Positions 38,952 through 54,062 of a stretch of DNA of 64,000 nucleotides are shown here, piece by piece (position 1 is the first letter of the stretch; every line of letters starts with the position of its first letter). Source of the stretch: Octopus sinensis (taxonomy: Eukaryota). The stretch spans positions 930,001-994,000 of the forward strand of contig NC_043014.1 of the NCBI RefSeq assembly GCF_006345805.1. The letters are read 5' to 3'. The position numbers were made by a program, and so were the translations under genes. Under the pieces are notes generated by a model. The model did not search any database and had not been told where the DNA came from. It saw only the letters and a program-made list of their open reading frames with translations.

Positions 38952-40216
38952 ATATATATATAATCCTTAAATCCTTAAAAATGTATTAGCCCGAAGGCCG
39001 CGGCCATGCTGGGGCACCACCACTCTCTGATATATATATATAATATATATATATTATTTTCCTACTTAGCTTTTTTTTGCAGTTAGTTGGGTGCAATAAT
39101 GCTTCTAGATCCATTTTTATCGTTTCCAGACTTTCACAGCCTCATCGACAGGAAGCGAAATAGAAATGGCTTCTCTCTCTCTATTTTTTGTATGGTTGCC
39201 CAATTTTTGTAGCTTTTATTTATCCTCAAGAGTTTTTGACAGTTCAAATTCCACGCTATTAGTCACGTGTTAATTTGTCTGAATGCCGTTGAAGCCATCT
39301 TTTATCTTTTGCTTTAGTCATTGCACTGCGGCCATGCTGGGGCACCGCCTGGAAAGGTCTAATCAAATAATTCGCCTCCAGTACTTATTTTAAAGTCTGG
39401 TACTTACTCTATCGGTTTCTTTTGCCGTAACACATGACTACGGGGACACAAATAAACCAACCCCGGCTGTCAAGCAAAACAAGAATAAGCACAAAACGAT
39501 ACACATACACACATATACTACGGCTTTTTACGCAGTTTCCGACAACTAGATTCACTCACTAAATACAGGTTGGTCTGAGGCTGCAGTAGAAGAAACTGTA
39601 CGGAAGCCTTTCGGATGGATTTTACAGTAATTCACAAGACCAAAGCTTGCCACGCTGATTATGTCCATGTTAAAGGTGCATGCGGCTGTGAGATACTCAA
39701 CCACATTGCTCTGTGAAACCAAATGAATTGTACCAGTGATTTAATCGGTCATCTTTGCCATAGACTGCGTCACGTTGGTTGGGCTGGAGGAGGAGTACGT
39801 TAGGGGTATACGTGTCTGTGGTGTACACGGGCACTTATACGTTAATTTAACCAATAGGCGGCTCAGTGGGTTGAGCAGGTGGGGGTACTCACCGTCGAAA
39901 CCGACGGAGATCCATCAAGTAAATACAACAACAATAACAAAAACAACAACAGCTGCAGCAGCAATAGTAACAGCGACAACAACAACAACAACAACAACAA
40001 AAACATTAGCACAATAAATAACCAACTGACAAGCTGAGAGCTAATTAACTTGCAAATTTGAATTAGTGTGTGTAGGTGGGTGTACAGGTGTGTGTGTGTG
40101 TGTGTGAATGTATATATATATATGTATATATGTATGTATATATATATATATATGATGTATATTATATATATGTATATATATTATATAAATATATATATAT
40201 GTATATATATATGTAT

Positions 40217-40266
<50 letters not shown>

Positions 40267-41642
40267 TATATACACACACACATATATATATAAATACGCG
40301 CGCCCGTGAGTGTGAGTGTGTGTGTGTGTGTGTCGGTGTGTGCGTATAATGTTTTTTCTGCCAAGTTCATTCTGTCTCAGAGAAGAGGGGGGGGGAAGGA
40401 GAGATGGCATGTGAATGGGAAAGAGAAAAACAATAAGAAAAAAAACCACACAAAGAGGAAAGAACAACAAAAACACAAATAAAAACAAAACGAGACAAAA
40501 GAAAAACAGCGAATTAATTGATAGGAAAAATTAAGACTTCATTCTGAAATTAAGAATTCAGGAATTTAACGTACGAAGTTTGTTACCGTTTCTGATTAAA
40601 TCCATTAACACCTGACGTTGAGATTTATCCAGTTTGAACGAACGGTGGCAAATATTTATGCGTCTAAAGGTGTCCCGCACGAAGCACCAACCTATTGCTC
40701 TCCATTTCTCTGGCTTAACCTCCACCTTTTTCCAGAAACTCATGGCAAAGACATAACTTTAAAAGCCTCATCGTTTATATTTACTGCATCAATAAATATA
40801 ATTGTCAGCGACTTGTATAGATTGGGAGATTTATGTTCGATCTCGGCTAATAGCTGAAGTTTCCAGAAACTGTCGCTTCAACATCAATAAAGACCAGGCA
40901 CTAAGGTGTCTGATCTCGGAAGCATCCAAACCAGTGGTTTCGTTAGAACTCACCGTTTGCCGGAGGGATGGCATTGTGGGGAGAAATGAGAGCGGGAGAA
41001 TGAAATAGGCTGAGCTGGTAGAGCTAAGCTAAAACAATCGGTGGCCAAGGAAGGTGTTATACAGTGAAGGTGGAGTGCAAGAGTTCGACATCCTCTCTCT
41101 CTTGGCAATCTACATCTTGGGCGTCACGGGGACCTGAAGGAGGAAGGCCATCAAATTAGCGGGGGTTGCTTCAGGGAGGATGTAGATAAAGAGATGTGAT
41201 CCCTAGAAGAGCTAGTATTCTCTAGGTCAGGGTTAGCTCCAGCCCTTTGTGAATTACGAGTTTACGTAGAACCTTCGTAACAGTTGAAAAAAGAAAAGAA
41301 AGATTGCACAGTCACTGATGAAACCAGTCCAGTTGATCAATACTTATTCTGTCCCCCAAAATAAATAAGGTTTTACGTTCGTCTATTCCCATGCGTGTGG
41401 TGCATGTGTGTGTGTGTACAGGGCTGTAGTTGTTCAAACTTGAAAGAGCAGACTTAGAATTAGAAGTATTCCAGTTGTGGCCATTCCTTCTTTTTATGGA
41501 AGCTACATCAAGGATTGCATGATCTAAGTGTCCATTAAAAAAAAAATTAAAGACAACGGGTGTGATTTGAGGCATATATGACTCCTGTTTCTAGCAAAGT
41601 CGAAGGACTACAAAGTTTTACTAAAAGTGGTTGCGTGTATGT

Positions 41643-41770
<128 letters not shown>

Positions 41771-41917
41771 TCTTTCTATTCAAACCACTTATTAAACAGT
41801 GTTAATTTGGTTGACAATGCCGCCAAAACCACATCTGACCCTGCTTGAAAACAATTCTAACTCGGCCATTTCTCACTGACTCCGCTTGTTTGGAAATCAT
41901 CGACAAATGAAGGAAGA

Positions 41918-41970
<53 letters not shown>

Positions 41971-42484
41971 CTCTCTCTCTCTCTCTCACACGAATGCATA
42001 CACATACACACAGAGAAACCACATACAGATACACATTCAGAAACACACACACACAACAATTAAGAACACACACACCACAAAAACAACGCACGTACATACA
42101 CACAGAAAAAGAATACACAAACATACTAGTTTTTCAACACACACACACACACACAACCAAATATACGGAAAACAAAACAAAGACGGAAAACAATGAAAAG
42201 CAAGGTTGACGTGGTGGCGGTGGCGGCGGTGGCGGCGGTGGCGGCGGCGATGGTGGCGGTCTGTTTGTAATTGTCAATGGTGTTTTTTGTTGAGAGAGGA
42301 GGAGGAGGAGGAGGAGAGGGTGGTGGAGATTGTTAATGATACTGTGATTGTTGTTGTTGTTGGTGGTGGTGGTTGTCAATGGTCGTTGAAATAGTACTGG
42401 AGAGTTTGTGTGTGTGGGTGTGTGACACTGTCTTACCATTATTGTTCCTTGATCATTTTGATTGGATCTATCTATCTACGCATG

Positions 42485-42538
<54 letters not shown>

Positions 42539-42709
42539 CATACATATACATACATTCATACATACAAATATACATATATACAAACATAGACATACATACA
42601 TGCGCAAAAAAAACACACACATATATATATATACAGACACACACAAATATATATATGTGTGTGTGTATATATATATATGTATATATGTATGTATGTATGT
42701 GTGTGTAAA

Positions 42710-42761
<52 letters not shown>

Positions 42762-43928
42762 CGTATGTATGTATGTATACAAAAATAAATCCGTTTCGCC
42801 TCCTCCAATCGCTAAAGCCATTGAAATGACGCAACAATGCTTCCTTCCGCAATGTCGTCTGCTCTCTCAGTGATTCATTCAACTTTTTGGCTCTTCAAAA
42901 ACTTCTCAGAGTTTTCCCTTCGTTTGAGTGTATTTTGCTAAAAGTAAGTGAACATTTTCATTGAAACTTCTTCGCAAGGCAAATATTTATTTTTCCCTTC
43001 ACCTTTTGTACTTTATATAGGAATTGCATTCAGGATATTTTCCTTCTTTACAACCAGTTTTTCAATTTTATCGCTTCACGTTTTACATCACATTTCGGAC
43101 ATAACATTTTCGCGTTGAGAATTTCGATAGTTTTCATGGTAATTTTTGGTAATATTGACTATTTCGTTCTGAAAACATAAATTCACAAACACGTATTTAC
43201 ACAAAGAGACACATTAATGCTTAAATACATGTAACTGCATACGAATATTTGAATATAATGGTCGTTCGAATGAAAAACAGACGGGGGGGGGGAGAAAGAA
43301 AAAGAAAAAAAACAAGATTCACACACACAACACACACACACACACACACACACACACGAAGTTAATTAGTTAATGTATCGCTAAATAAACATTTATGCCA
43401 AATGCATCTCTACAAATGGAAGTAACTCGATCTGGGCTTTGGTGGCACCGTGCAGGGAATTCATTAAACGTATTAGTAATTAGATGGAGGTACGTTCTTC
43501 TAAACGTACCAATTATTCCTATATGGAACATGGCTTGATTTCCTGTGTTAGATTTAAAATTGGAATTGCTGTATCTATTAATACACATACATGTTGCGAA
43601 GCAAGCTTATTACCGCGCGCTTTCTCTCTCTCTCCCTCGCACACAAACACACACAGATACACACGCATATTTATATATATACACACCTGTGCACGTGCAT
43701 ACATATACATGCGTGTATGCGTGTGTAAATGTAAATGTGCTATACTTTACTGGAAAAAACAAATAAGGATTAGTGTCTGGAAGTGTAAGAATGGCAAAAT
43801 GGGATCTTTTCCTTTTTTTGACACATTCTACCAGTATACGAAGTTTCAGATTGTTTAGTTAACTAGAAATTGTGTTGAATTCCGTCCATCAAAAGGAAAA
43901 GATCCGAAAAATGGACTAAAAGAAAAGG

Positions 43929-43961
<33 letters not shown>

Positions 43962-44098
43962 TGTATGTATGTATGTGTGTATTACCTCTGGATATCCTTG
44001 TTGCTTATTTTGATTTTAATCACCTTACTTTGAAATTCTATGGATAATACCGTACTAAATTCTGGTTCCTAACCCATCTGAATCTAAATTCTTGCTAT

Positions 44099-44135
<37 letters not shown>

Positions 44136-44182
44136 CACATACACACACATACATATATATATATATACACACATACACACAC

Positions 44183-44236
<54 letters not shown>

Positions 44237-44267
44237 ACACACATACATACATATACACACATATATA

Positions 44268-45083
44268 CAGCATGAAATATAAAGAACATAATGGGAATTA
44301 ATATGCCCAAGTTAAATTTTGTGCGACACCTCTACATCCCATATGAAAAGTGACATCGTTTAAATGGCAACCGTTTTCGTCTTCGCACACCCGTGCTCTT
44401 TCCAAACTTGCACCTTAACCCCCTCAAGAGTTTCAGACCCCACTTCTCTGATTTCTCTATTGATGTTCTCCTTCAGTTGCACCAGGGTCTCCGGTTTGTT
44501 GACGTAAACCCTCTCTTTCAGGTATCCCTACAAGAAAAAATCCGAGCAAGTCAAGTCTGGGGAAAGTGAAGGCCATTCAAAGTAGACCCCACACATGGTT
44601 CCACCAAGATGGGGCAACTGCTCACACCACAAGAGAAACAATGCAGTTGCTATGGCGGTGCTTTGGAGAGAGAATAATCTCCCGCTACGGCAATGTCAAT
44701 TGGCCTTCACGTTCTCCAGGTTTGACAAGCCCGGATTTTTTCTTGTGGGGTTTATCTGAAAGTGAGAGTTTACGTCAACAAACCGGAGACCCTGGTACAA
44801 CTGAAGGAGAACATCAATAGAGAAATCAGAGAAGTGGGGTCTGAAACTTTTGAGAGTGTTATGGTGCAAGTTTTGGAAGGAGCATGGGCGTGCGAAGCCG
44901 AAAATGGTTGCCATTTAAGCGATGTCATTTTTCATATGTTATGTTGTGGTGTTGCACAATTTGACTCGTGAATATTAATTCCCATTATGTCCTTTATATT
45001 GTATCATAATTTCATGCATTTATTTGTAAAGTTAAGGAAGTTATTAGAAATTGAAACTCATCAGTGACTTTTGAGACACCCTG
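44268..45083 (+). mobile_element. Fold-back non-autonomous Tc1/mariner element derived from a DD41D (rosa-type) transposase 3' end
   Basis: WFHQDGATAH...WPSRSPGLTSPDFFLWG with 41 residues between the two D; right TIR reads cagggtgtctcaaaaag on the minus strand; TA flanks; long inverted arms. Confidence 0.8.
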
Positions 45084-45098
45084 TATACATACACACAC

Positions 45099-45144
<46 letters not shown>

Positions 45145-45518
45145 GCACACACACATACACACACACACACGAGCATACACATTCGACCACACACCCATAG
45201 ATGTATTACTTAAAACCATATTATGTGACGTCATAGCTTATTCTGCTGTGTATTTTGACGTCACAATCTCATTACTTCGGGTAATATCAGTCGGAGATAT
45301 TATCTTACATAAAAAAACCAAAAAACAAAACAAACAAAAAACCGTAAAGAAACGCCATGTGTTTCATTCTCCTTTCCCGCTGGCCGAGGGGAAACGAAAG
45401 AACAAAGTGGGAGTGAGTGATGCGGAGAGGCGCTAAATTAAAATGAACCGCAGTGAGACACTTTTGCTCTTCAGATCCTGGTATTTGGATCAAAAGGAAA
45501 CTGCGAATTTTTATCGTA

Positions 45519-45920
45519 AACTAGCAGTATCGCCCGGCGTTGCTCGGGTTTGTAAGGGAAATAACTATATAAGCATTTTTAGAGATGTAAAGTATAATAG
45601 CCATCTCAATATGGCTAACCACAAGGGGGGGGGGGTGTTACTGTAGCTTTTTACGTTCTGAGATTTAATAATAAATTTTTAGAGAGTTACTTCCCTTATA
45701 TATGCCAAAAATGCATTAAAAATGGGAAAAATTGATGGTAAATTATTTTTAAAATCGTAGACTCATCGTAGACGCACGCTAATACCCAGAAGGGCTCGAT
45801 ATGAATCACGACTATAAGATACCCGCTTTTGGTTAAACTGCACCGCAAAATGTGGGAGTAGTTAGGAATCTAAATCGTAGGAGACAGACAGCACACAACC
45901 TTACTTTTATATATAAAGAT
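45519..45920 (+). mobile_element. Non-autonomous Helitron-like element with a different interior
   Basis: Same 5' ~34 nt as 21105; 3' cttttatatataaagat. Confidence 0.55.
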
Positions 45921-46943
45921 TATAGTTGCCAATTTCAAACACACACACACACGCACAAAATTAAACATTAAACTGCGGCCGAAGACTTGGTCGTAAGTGT
46001 TGCTCATGAGTGGAACACAGCTACATTCACGTGCGGAACCTGAGCAAGCGTCACTCATTAAATTGTTTCAAGTGACACTCACGAATAGAATATTGTACGG
46101 GCGATTCGTTGTTTCGGCGAGCGAGGCGTGGATGGAAAGGAGGTATTCTAATCGGTTAGATCACCTCCAGCAGGTGACTGATACTGTTTTTGAGTTCAGT
46201 GTGGGAACTTCTACATGAAGGACGAACAGCTCGAGATAACAACCAAATCTGTCTCAAATCAGGCAACCCTTTTTAAAATACACATTGGATAATGTAGGTA
46301 GAGGTAAAAGATTCATGAAAAAAAGTTGTGATGGTCACTGTTGGGGTGCACATGATTAGAGGTCTGCCCTCCTGGAGAAGACTTGGAACTAAGCAGCGAC
46401 GAAAAATGATTTTTTATAGACTCCCGGGGAAAGACAGATAGATAGATGGGAAGAAAGAAGAGAGAGAGAGAGAGAGAGAGATAAATAGAGAGAGAAAGAG
46501 AGATAAATAGAGAGAGAGAGAGAAAAGAAACATGAAACCCGGCGGAGTTTGAACTCAGAGTGCGGAGGGAGATAACTAAATACTGCAATGTGTTTCATCA
46601 GCCCCGCTGCCGATTCGGCCAAATACCGGCCCTGCTCGCATCTGGCTCTATTATCAACAAGACTAATTATATGGCCAGTCTAGCAGGTGATTAGGAAGTT
46701 GCAAAAAGAGCCATTGTCCCTGTCGGAGACTGTGTTTTGGGGGTTCAGTTCTGTCAGGTTAGCAACAATAAATTCTCTTAAATCCCTCCAGGCCAATATT
46801 CCGTTATTGTTTCGTGGTCTCCATCTCTTCAGGCCATTTGGAGATAATTACCGAATAACTGCTTCTGTTTAATTATAACTCTCGTAGAAAAGTGTTATGT
46901 ATGAATACAGACAGACAGACACACACACATTTATGTATATAGA

Positions 46944-47444
<501 letters not shown>

Positions 47445-47460
47445 TATATACTTATATAAA

Positions 47461-47512
<52 letters not shown>

Positions 47513-47644
47513 ATATGAACATATATTTACAAACACAAATACATACAATATACATACATGCATGCATGCATGCATGCATACATACGTACATACATACATA
47601 CATACATACATATATACATGCATACATATATACACGTGTCACTA

Positions 47645-48250
47645 AAGAATGACACAGACGAATAAAGAAAATATGGACCTCGAAACTTTCTACATTTAAT
47701 AAAACTATGGCCTACAATATGTTTGCAGTGCCAGTACTCATACCAACATTTGGGTTGCTTGATTGGACGCTTGATGAGGTCTGAGCCATTGATGTGAAAA
47801 TCCAGAAGATACTAACAAGCATACGATTTCCACATCAACGGTAACGTAAGCCGCCTCTACCTAAAACGAAAACAAGGCGACAGATATCAGCCAGTAAACA
47901 TTGAAGTGTGTCTATTTATTCAATTGTAAAGGATGATTGCACTCACATGTATGAGTTATACAGATTAGCGAGTGGAAAACCTGGTAACTGTAGAGACAAA
48001 GGTGTGAATACACATAAGTATATAGAAACAAATGAACAAAAATATAAATGGGTGTGCAGGCAGTGGTTCCTTTACGGCCGTTTCTGCCAAGAGGCAACAA
48101 AATCTTCCCGGTTATCTCCATCACTTCAATGATATGCAGGGACGAACAGACAAGGCTTGGATAATGGATGTACCCCTAGGCTTCTTCATATGTGTGCATT
48201 CTTCTATTAGAATTGAAGAAATAAACATACTTGAATGCTTACTGTTTGAT
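47645..48250 (+). mobile_element. Decayed R4/Dong-like non-LTR retrotransposon RT C-terminal fragment
   Basis: RRIKKIWTSKLSTFNKTMAYNMFAVPVLIPTFGLLDWTLDEV*AIDVKIQKILT..(fs)..HINGNVSRLYLKRKQG; support is strongest at 47648-47885. Confidence 0.6.
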
Positions 48251-48473
48251 GTCTGTCGACTTTATATCCTCTCCGTTTTCCTATTTGCCGTATAAATCAT
48301 GGGTAAATCACTCTTTTACCCCCGCCCAATATAAAACTCAATTGCGAGATTGCCATACGATAACTAGCACTTGACTATAAATAATTGGGTACACCACCAG
48401 CAGTATATTGGATAGGTACTGACCCTTATTTGGTTCCTCAACCTCTAACTCACACAGATATATATATATTACG

Positions 48474-48564
48474 ACCGACCTTACCTAGCGGTTTCGCGCT
48501 AGGGAATCAACAGAGTGTAAGGTAACAATCTGATTATGTAACCGTACGCTCATCAGAGGCAGGC
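48474..48564 (-). ncRNA. Candidate type I hammerhead ribozyme with intact core and long loop II
   Basis: gccugccu-CUGAUGA-gcgu..~44 nt..gcgc-GAA-acc gcua ggu-A-aggucggu. Confidence 0.7.
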
Positions 48565-48958
48565 GAAATGGCCTGAAATATAGTGACTGCTCTCTATTGT
48601 CGGAGGTGAATAGATACATCCGGTTTGCAGTTGCTGTGAAAAAGATGATGAAATGAAACTAGTAGGGGATTAAGTTAAGAGTTATGTCCCTTGGTGTCAA
48701 AATATCTCCACTGGGATGGTTATGTTGCAAGTGGGTAAGAGTTACCTTGAAGTGTTTGTGGGAAATGTGTGCGTCGTTAAGGCTGATGTTCTTGTGGAAA
48801 TGGAATCTGTGTAGTGGTACTTTATATATAGAACCTTTGCAGGGGCTGTAGGCAAACACATCTGTGTTCTTTAGTATGTTTTCTTTCTTTTATGTATTGG
48901 CTAAGTTCGTGGGGCCTTTATGTGTGCATGCTTTGGTGACTTACACACACACCACACA

Positions 48959-49009
<51 letters not shown>

Positions 49010-49016
49010 ATATATA

Positions 49017-49047
<31 letters not shown>

Positions 49048-49234
49048 CATACACACACATATGTTCACACACTCATATGTGTGTGTGTGTACATTTGGAG
49101 CGTAGCTTTTCTTGTAGACACGCCGCATTGAAAACACGACTGTGCTAATTGCCTTTTTTTTAAATCAGTTTTTCTTCCTATTTTCGTACGAGCTCATTGC
49201 AGTTTGTTTAAGACGTAAGCAATCTAAATCTGTT

Positions 49235-49273
49235 ATCGACGTTTCTGGACCTTCACAGGCTCATCTTCAGGAT
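49235..49273 (-). ncRNA. Candidate minimal hammerhead with weak stem I
   Basis: auc-CUGAAGA-ugagccu GUGA aggucca-GAA-ACGU-C-gau. Confidence 0.4.
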
Positions 49274-52200
49274 CGTTGGTTAAATAAAACACTGCTAAAA
49301 TAGACGAGTCACAAACGAAAATAACACGTGGATCATGATGCATCAGTCTCACGGCCAGAGTTCAATCCAGGCGGTCATGTCCACATCCGGATTTCTCAAA
49401 GTGGTCCAAGTGTACTTCTAGGAGGTGGGTGGGTGGGTGGGTAATAACATTTACATAAAGCAGAGTAAAAACTTAGGGGTTCATAGGAGGTAATTTTACT
49501 AGTTTGCATTTGTAAATCCCTTTATAACAGAAGAACATCTACGGATGAATCATGTAGAGCAGTTACCCCACCTAATGGAATGGCTGGTTGAGTGTGGTGG
49601 TCACCAGAGGTGTATCTTATACATACGACCCGTTCATAACTTGTATATAGATGAACAATCTGGCTCTGACCGGAAAGATCCAAATCCATTTGGCGTCGAC
49701 AACGAAACATAGAACTGTATCTTCACAAAGGAATGCATTTATAATAAATTTTCTCGTGTAACTTGTACAAAGTACTAATCATGTTTTGCAATTTAGTATT
49801 AAATTAATTTGTTTATTGGAGAGTTGATGGACGGGAACAAAGCATTGTTATAAATGTGAGGAATCAAAGTTTGAGAAACCCTCATCCTACACCAATCGTA
49901 TCTCCCTACCTATTACAAACATCCCTCCATTCTGAAGATGGGACTGTGACGGTCACTCCGGTCAAGCCAGTATATTGTTCGATCTACAAACATTTCTAAA
50001 TCTCATTGATCTCATCCTTGCTGTGTTTTAGTGACTTTACGCTTGGCCAAACATAGCGATGTGGCACAGCACCAGGCATATTTACTTTTTAATGCTTAGT
50101 TAAAGATGGCGAGCAGCTGGAACCGTTCGAGCATCGGAAAAAATGTTTTCTGGTATTTCTTCCGACTCTTTCTCGGTTTAAATACCACCGAGGTCAACTT
50201 TGCATTTCATCCCAACACAGTCGATAAAATAAAGTATCAGTCAAACAATCGGGTCGATGGTATCGACTGCCACTCTCCCCTGGCCTTCCACCTAAACCAG
50301 AAACCATTAGGACTATCTAATCTGTTATCCATCTACAGCTGCTGCTTGCTAACATAGACGGTCCGCTTCAGTGGGGTGAATTGCCTTAAAATTACTTAAC
50401 ATCTTTTGTGAAATCAATTGCAGCGTGGAAGGTGTTTGTAAGCCATTTAAGAAACACACAAAAGCCGTTCGATTCACAAGTTTAATTTGTCAAAATATTT
50501 TCGTCGCTCTAAGACTGCGACCTGTTCTCTGACAAAAATCCGTGCAGCATCTTTTGTGAAATGTATCCTCAGATAAATTGTGAGTTCTTGTGTGTATATA
50601 ATACATTTGGATCGTGTAGGTGATACATTCTGTTGGGTAATATACGGTTGAGGGTAACTTGAAAACATAGAACGCTATCGGCTTTATGAAATGAATGAGC
50701 GTGAAAGTTATATTGATAGCAAAAAGTACTAGCAATACTCAAGTTTACAAGGGGTTCCAAGGAAAAGCAAGTGGGCCCAAGTCGTTATCAATACTCTGGT
50801 TTCTCCTCACCCCGAGGGGATAAATCTTTCGCCTTTTACCAAGTCGTTATCAAGCGACTGACCAAAAGCCATACACTCAAATATTTGATAAGATTATTCA
50901 GATCTTAATGATAATGAGACGTTTACCGAAAGGAAAAACTGTGGAGTGTAATATAGTTCACTGTAATCGTTTCTGCTGCTTATGGCTATCAACAACCTAG
51001 TCCACCTAGGAATAAAGAGATGTTGTGAATGGTACAATTTCCTGTTGTTAGAAACGAAAGCACCATACAATAAGAATTTTTCGTTGGTTTTCAGCGCCGA
51101 GTTCAAAATCTGTAAGGAAAACCTCCTTGCAGTAGGTATGTGGTTTATCCAGGAACAGTGAATTCATTTCTTATCTACTGAAAATTATGGAAATATGAGA
51201 CTAATATGAGTCGTGGGAACCGTTGGAAATCACCAAAGATAAATGACAACACCACTGAAGCTGACGATAGTCATTGTTTTGTCTTAAAAGGTGGATTTGA
51301 GTATTTTCACCGTTTTTAGCATGAGAGGCAATCACATGAGGACAATGGGGGTTGTTAACATTATTGTCTGACCGAGCACGCAATGTAGGTAACTCCGAAT
51401 ATTTCTGTTTTCTTTATCATCGTCAGCTTGAGTTTAGGGTTGGGACTTAAGGTTAAAGTTTAAATTTATGATTAAAATTTGTGGCAAAATTAGGGTTTAG
51501 TGTATTGTTAAGGCCATAGTTTAGGTTGTTGGTTGGTTACGGGTCAGCTCCGGTCCATCAGAAAGACCCAGAACAGAAGACATTCCGGCCGTAATTACAC
51601 TGTCAATTTTTTCAGACATGTTGTATCTTAGACTACATTACCAAACGACACCTCCTTTCTAAAGACCGTAGTGCGTATTCAAAGACGCTCCAGCCGTGGT
51701 CATCCACTCTTTTGTTTCAATATAATGAAGTATTAATGACTATCTTCTCTCCCTCTCTCTGTCTCTCTGTCTCTCTGTCTCTGTCTCTGTCTCTTTCTCT
51801 TGGCAGGGTTGTGTAGGTTGTAGTGACAATGTAGTGTAACTCGTGGTTGCGATAGCAGCAGCAGCAGCGGCAGCAGCAGAAGTAGCAGTAGTAGTAGTAG
51901 CAGCAGTAGTCTCCTTTTCTCACTGAAACATTTTCTAAAGTTTATGATTTCTATATTTATACAACCCTGGTCCCTGGCGCACACACTGTCGTCTGTTTCC
52001 TCTTTTAATGGCGCGCAGTGGAAATTAATGTCGTATTGTCGTGTAACGCTGTGAACGTATAGTTATTAAGCGTTTAGCCTATTGTTAACTCTCTGGATAG
52101 TATGTAACTGTTGGTTATTTAACGATCTGTTAAATATAATACAAACTATTTGCTTAATAAATAACTCTTGTTTAATTATAAACTACAATTTCTCCTCCCA

Positions 52201-52469
52201 GGCTAATTCAAACGTTTTCCTTTTGCTTTATTCAGTTATATTTTTGCATTGATTAGCCGAGATACCCGAACGTCAACTGATCTTTTCTTTTTCAATTCTT
52301 AGTATTACCCCCTCCCTTTCTCTCTCTCCCCTCTCTCCTCCCCCTCTCTCTCTCACTTCTTCACATACCCGTATCACACTCCGGGTTTTTGTCTGAAGTT
52401 ACGTTATCTACTCTAACTCTCCCCATCTATTATACTTCACTACTACTCCCCACAGCATTACGTGCATCT

Positions 52470-52682
52470 CGTCTTCTTCTTCTTCTTCTTCTTTTTCTTC
52501 TTCTTTTTTTCTTCTTCTTTTCTTCTTCTTCTTTTCTTCTTCTTCTTCTTCTTTTCTTCTTTTTCTTCTTCTTTTTTTCTTCTTTTCTTCTCTTCTTCTT
52601 TTCTTCTTCTTCTTCTTTTTCTTCTTTTTCTTCTTCTTTTTTTCTTCTTTTTCTTCTTCTCTTCTTCTTCTTCTTCTTCTTC
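52470..52682. repeat. (TTC)n-rich trinucleotide repeat
   Basis: Direct observation. Confidence 0.9.
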
Positions 52683-52968
52683 AATTCATTAAACTCCTCA
52701 CAGTATTTTCCCCCATTCATTTCTCTCCATGTCAGAACAACTGTCATTGTGTCTATGCTCCCACTGACATCTACCACCTTCCACTACATCCATATCTCTC
52801 TGTCTCTCTCCATCCCCTTCTTCTTTCTCCAGTGGTGCAGTGCACGTATTGTGGTGTCGGTTGCCAACCGTATATAGGTACACACACACACACACACACA
52901 CATTGACATGTATGTATGTATGTGTTTGTGTATGGATATACAGTCATACATGCAGGCATATCTATCTG

Positions 52969-53069
<101 letters not shown>

Positions 53070-53171
53070 ATGCATGCATGTCTGTCTGGTGTATGCAAAG
53101 TGCTTTCGTTGTTTATAATAGTTAATCATATATAATTAAGACTGCAAAGTAACCAACCTTTTGATCTGCTC

Positions 53172-53477
<306 letters not shown>

Positions 53478-53868
53478 GTGGTAACATATTAGCAATCATA
53501 TGACTATTAGTTGAGTGACAGAAATGGTAGATTGTTTATATTGATACGGGGTCAGTTGAGGAAAAAAGTTCTATGGCCTGGTTTTGTGGTTTGGCGCCAG
53601 ACAGACGGATAAAGCCTTGGTCCTCTCAATTTTTCTAGAGAATTTAATGAGTTTGGAAAATACCTCTGACCCTTTTCCGGTCAAGCAAAGTTTAAGAAAC
53701 CACCCTTTTAAATGCGGCGAGCTGTGAGTTTGTTGGTCAGTTCTGCCTGAGACAGTGAGTTGGCAACAGGTGCAGTCGGGAGAGGCTACGACAGGGATGA
53801 ACTCAGAACGTAGACAGACGAACTACCGCTAAGCATTTTGCCCGTCGTGCTAACGTTTCTTATTTCTT

Positions 53869-54062
53869 TATTACCCACAAGGGGTTAAACGTAAAGGGGA
53901 CAAACAAGGACAGGCAAACGGATTAAGTCGATTAGATCGACCCCAGTGCGTAACTGGTACTTAATTTATCAACCCCGAAAGGATGAAAGGCAAAGTCGAC
54001 CTCGGCAGAATTTGAACTCAGAACGTAACGGCGGACGAAATACCGCCAAGCATTTCGCCCAG
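53869..54062 (-). mobile_element. Meta-like SINE copy
   Basis: Near-identical to 13070-13292; another copy at ~59590-59790 (-). Confidence 0.7.

Noticed and set aside
46085-46260. Possible mariner N-terminal HTH remnant (VRAIRCFGERG...TVFE...EGRT)
   Set aside because: It needs several frameshifts and has no TIR; not supportable.
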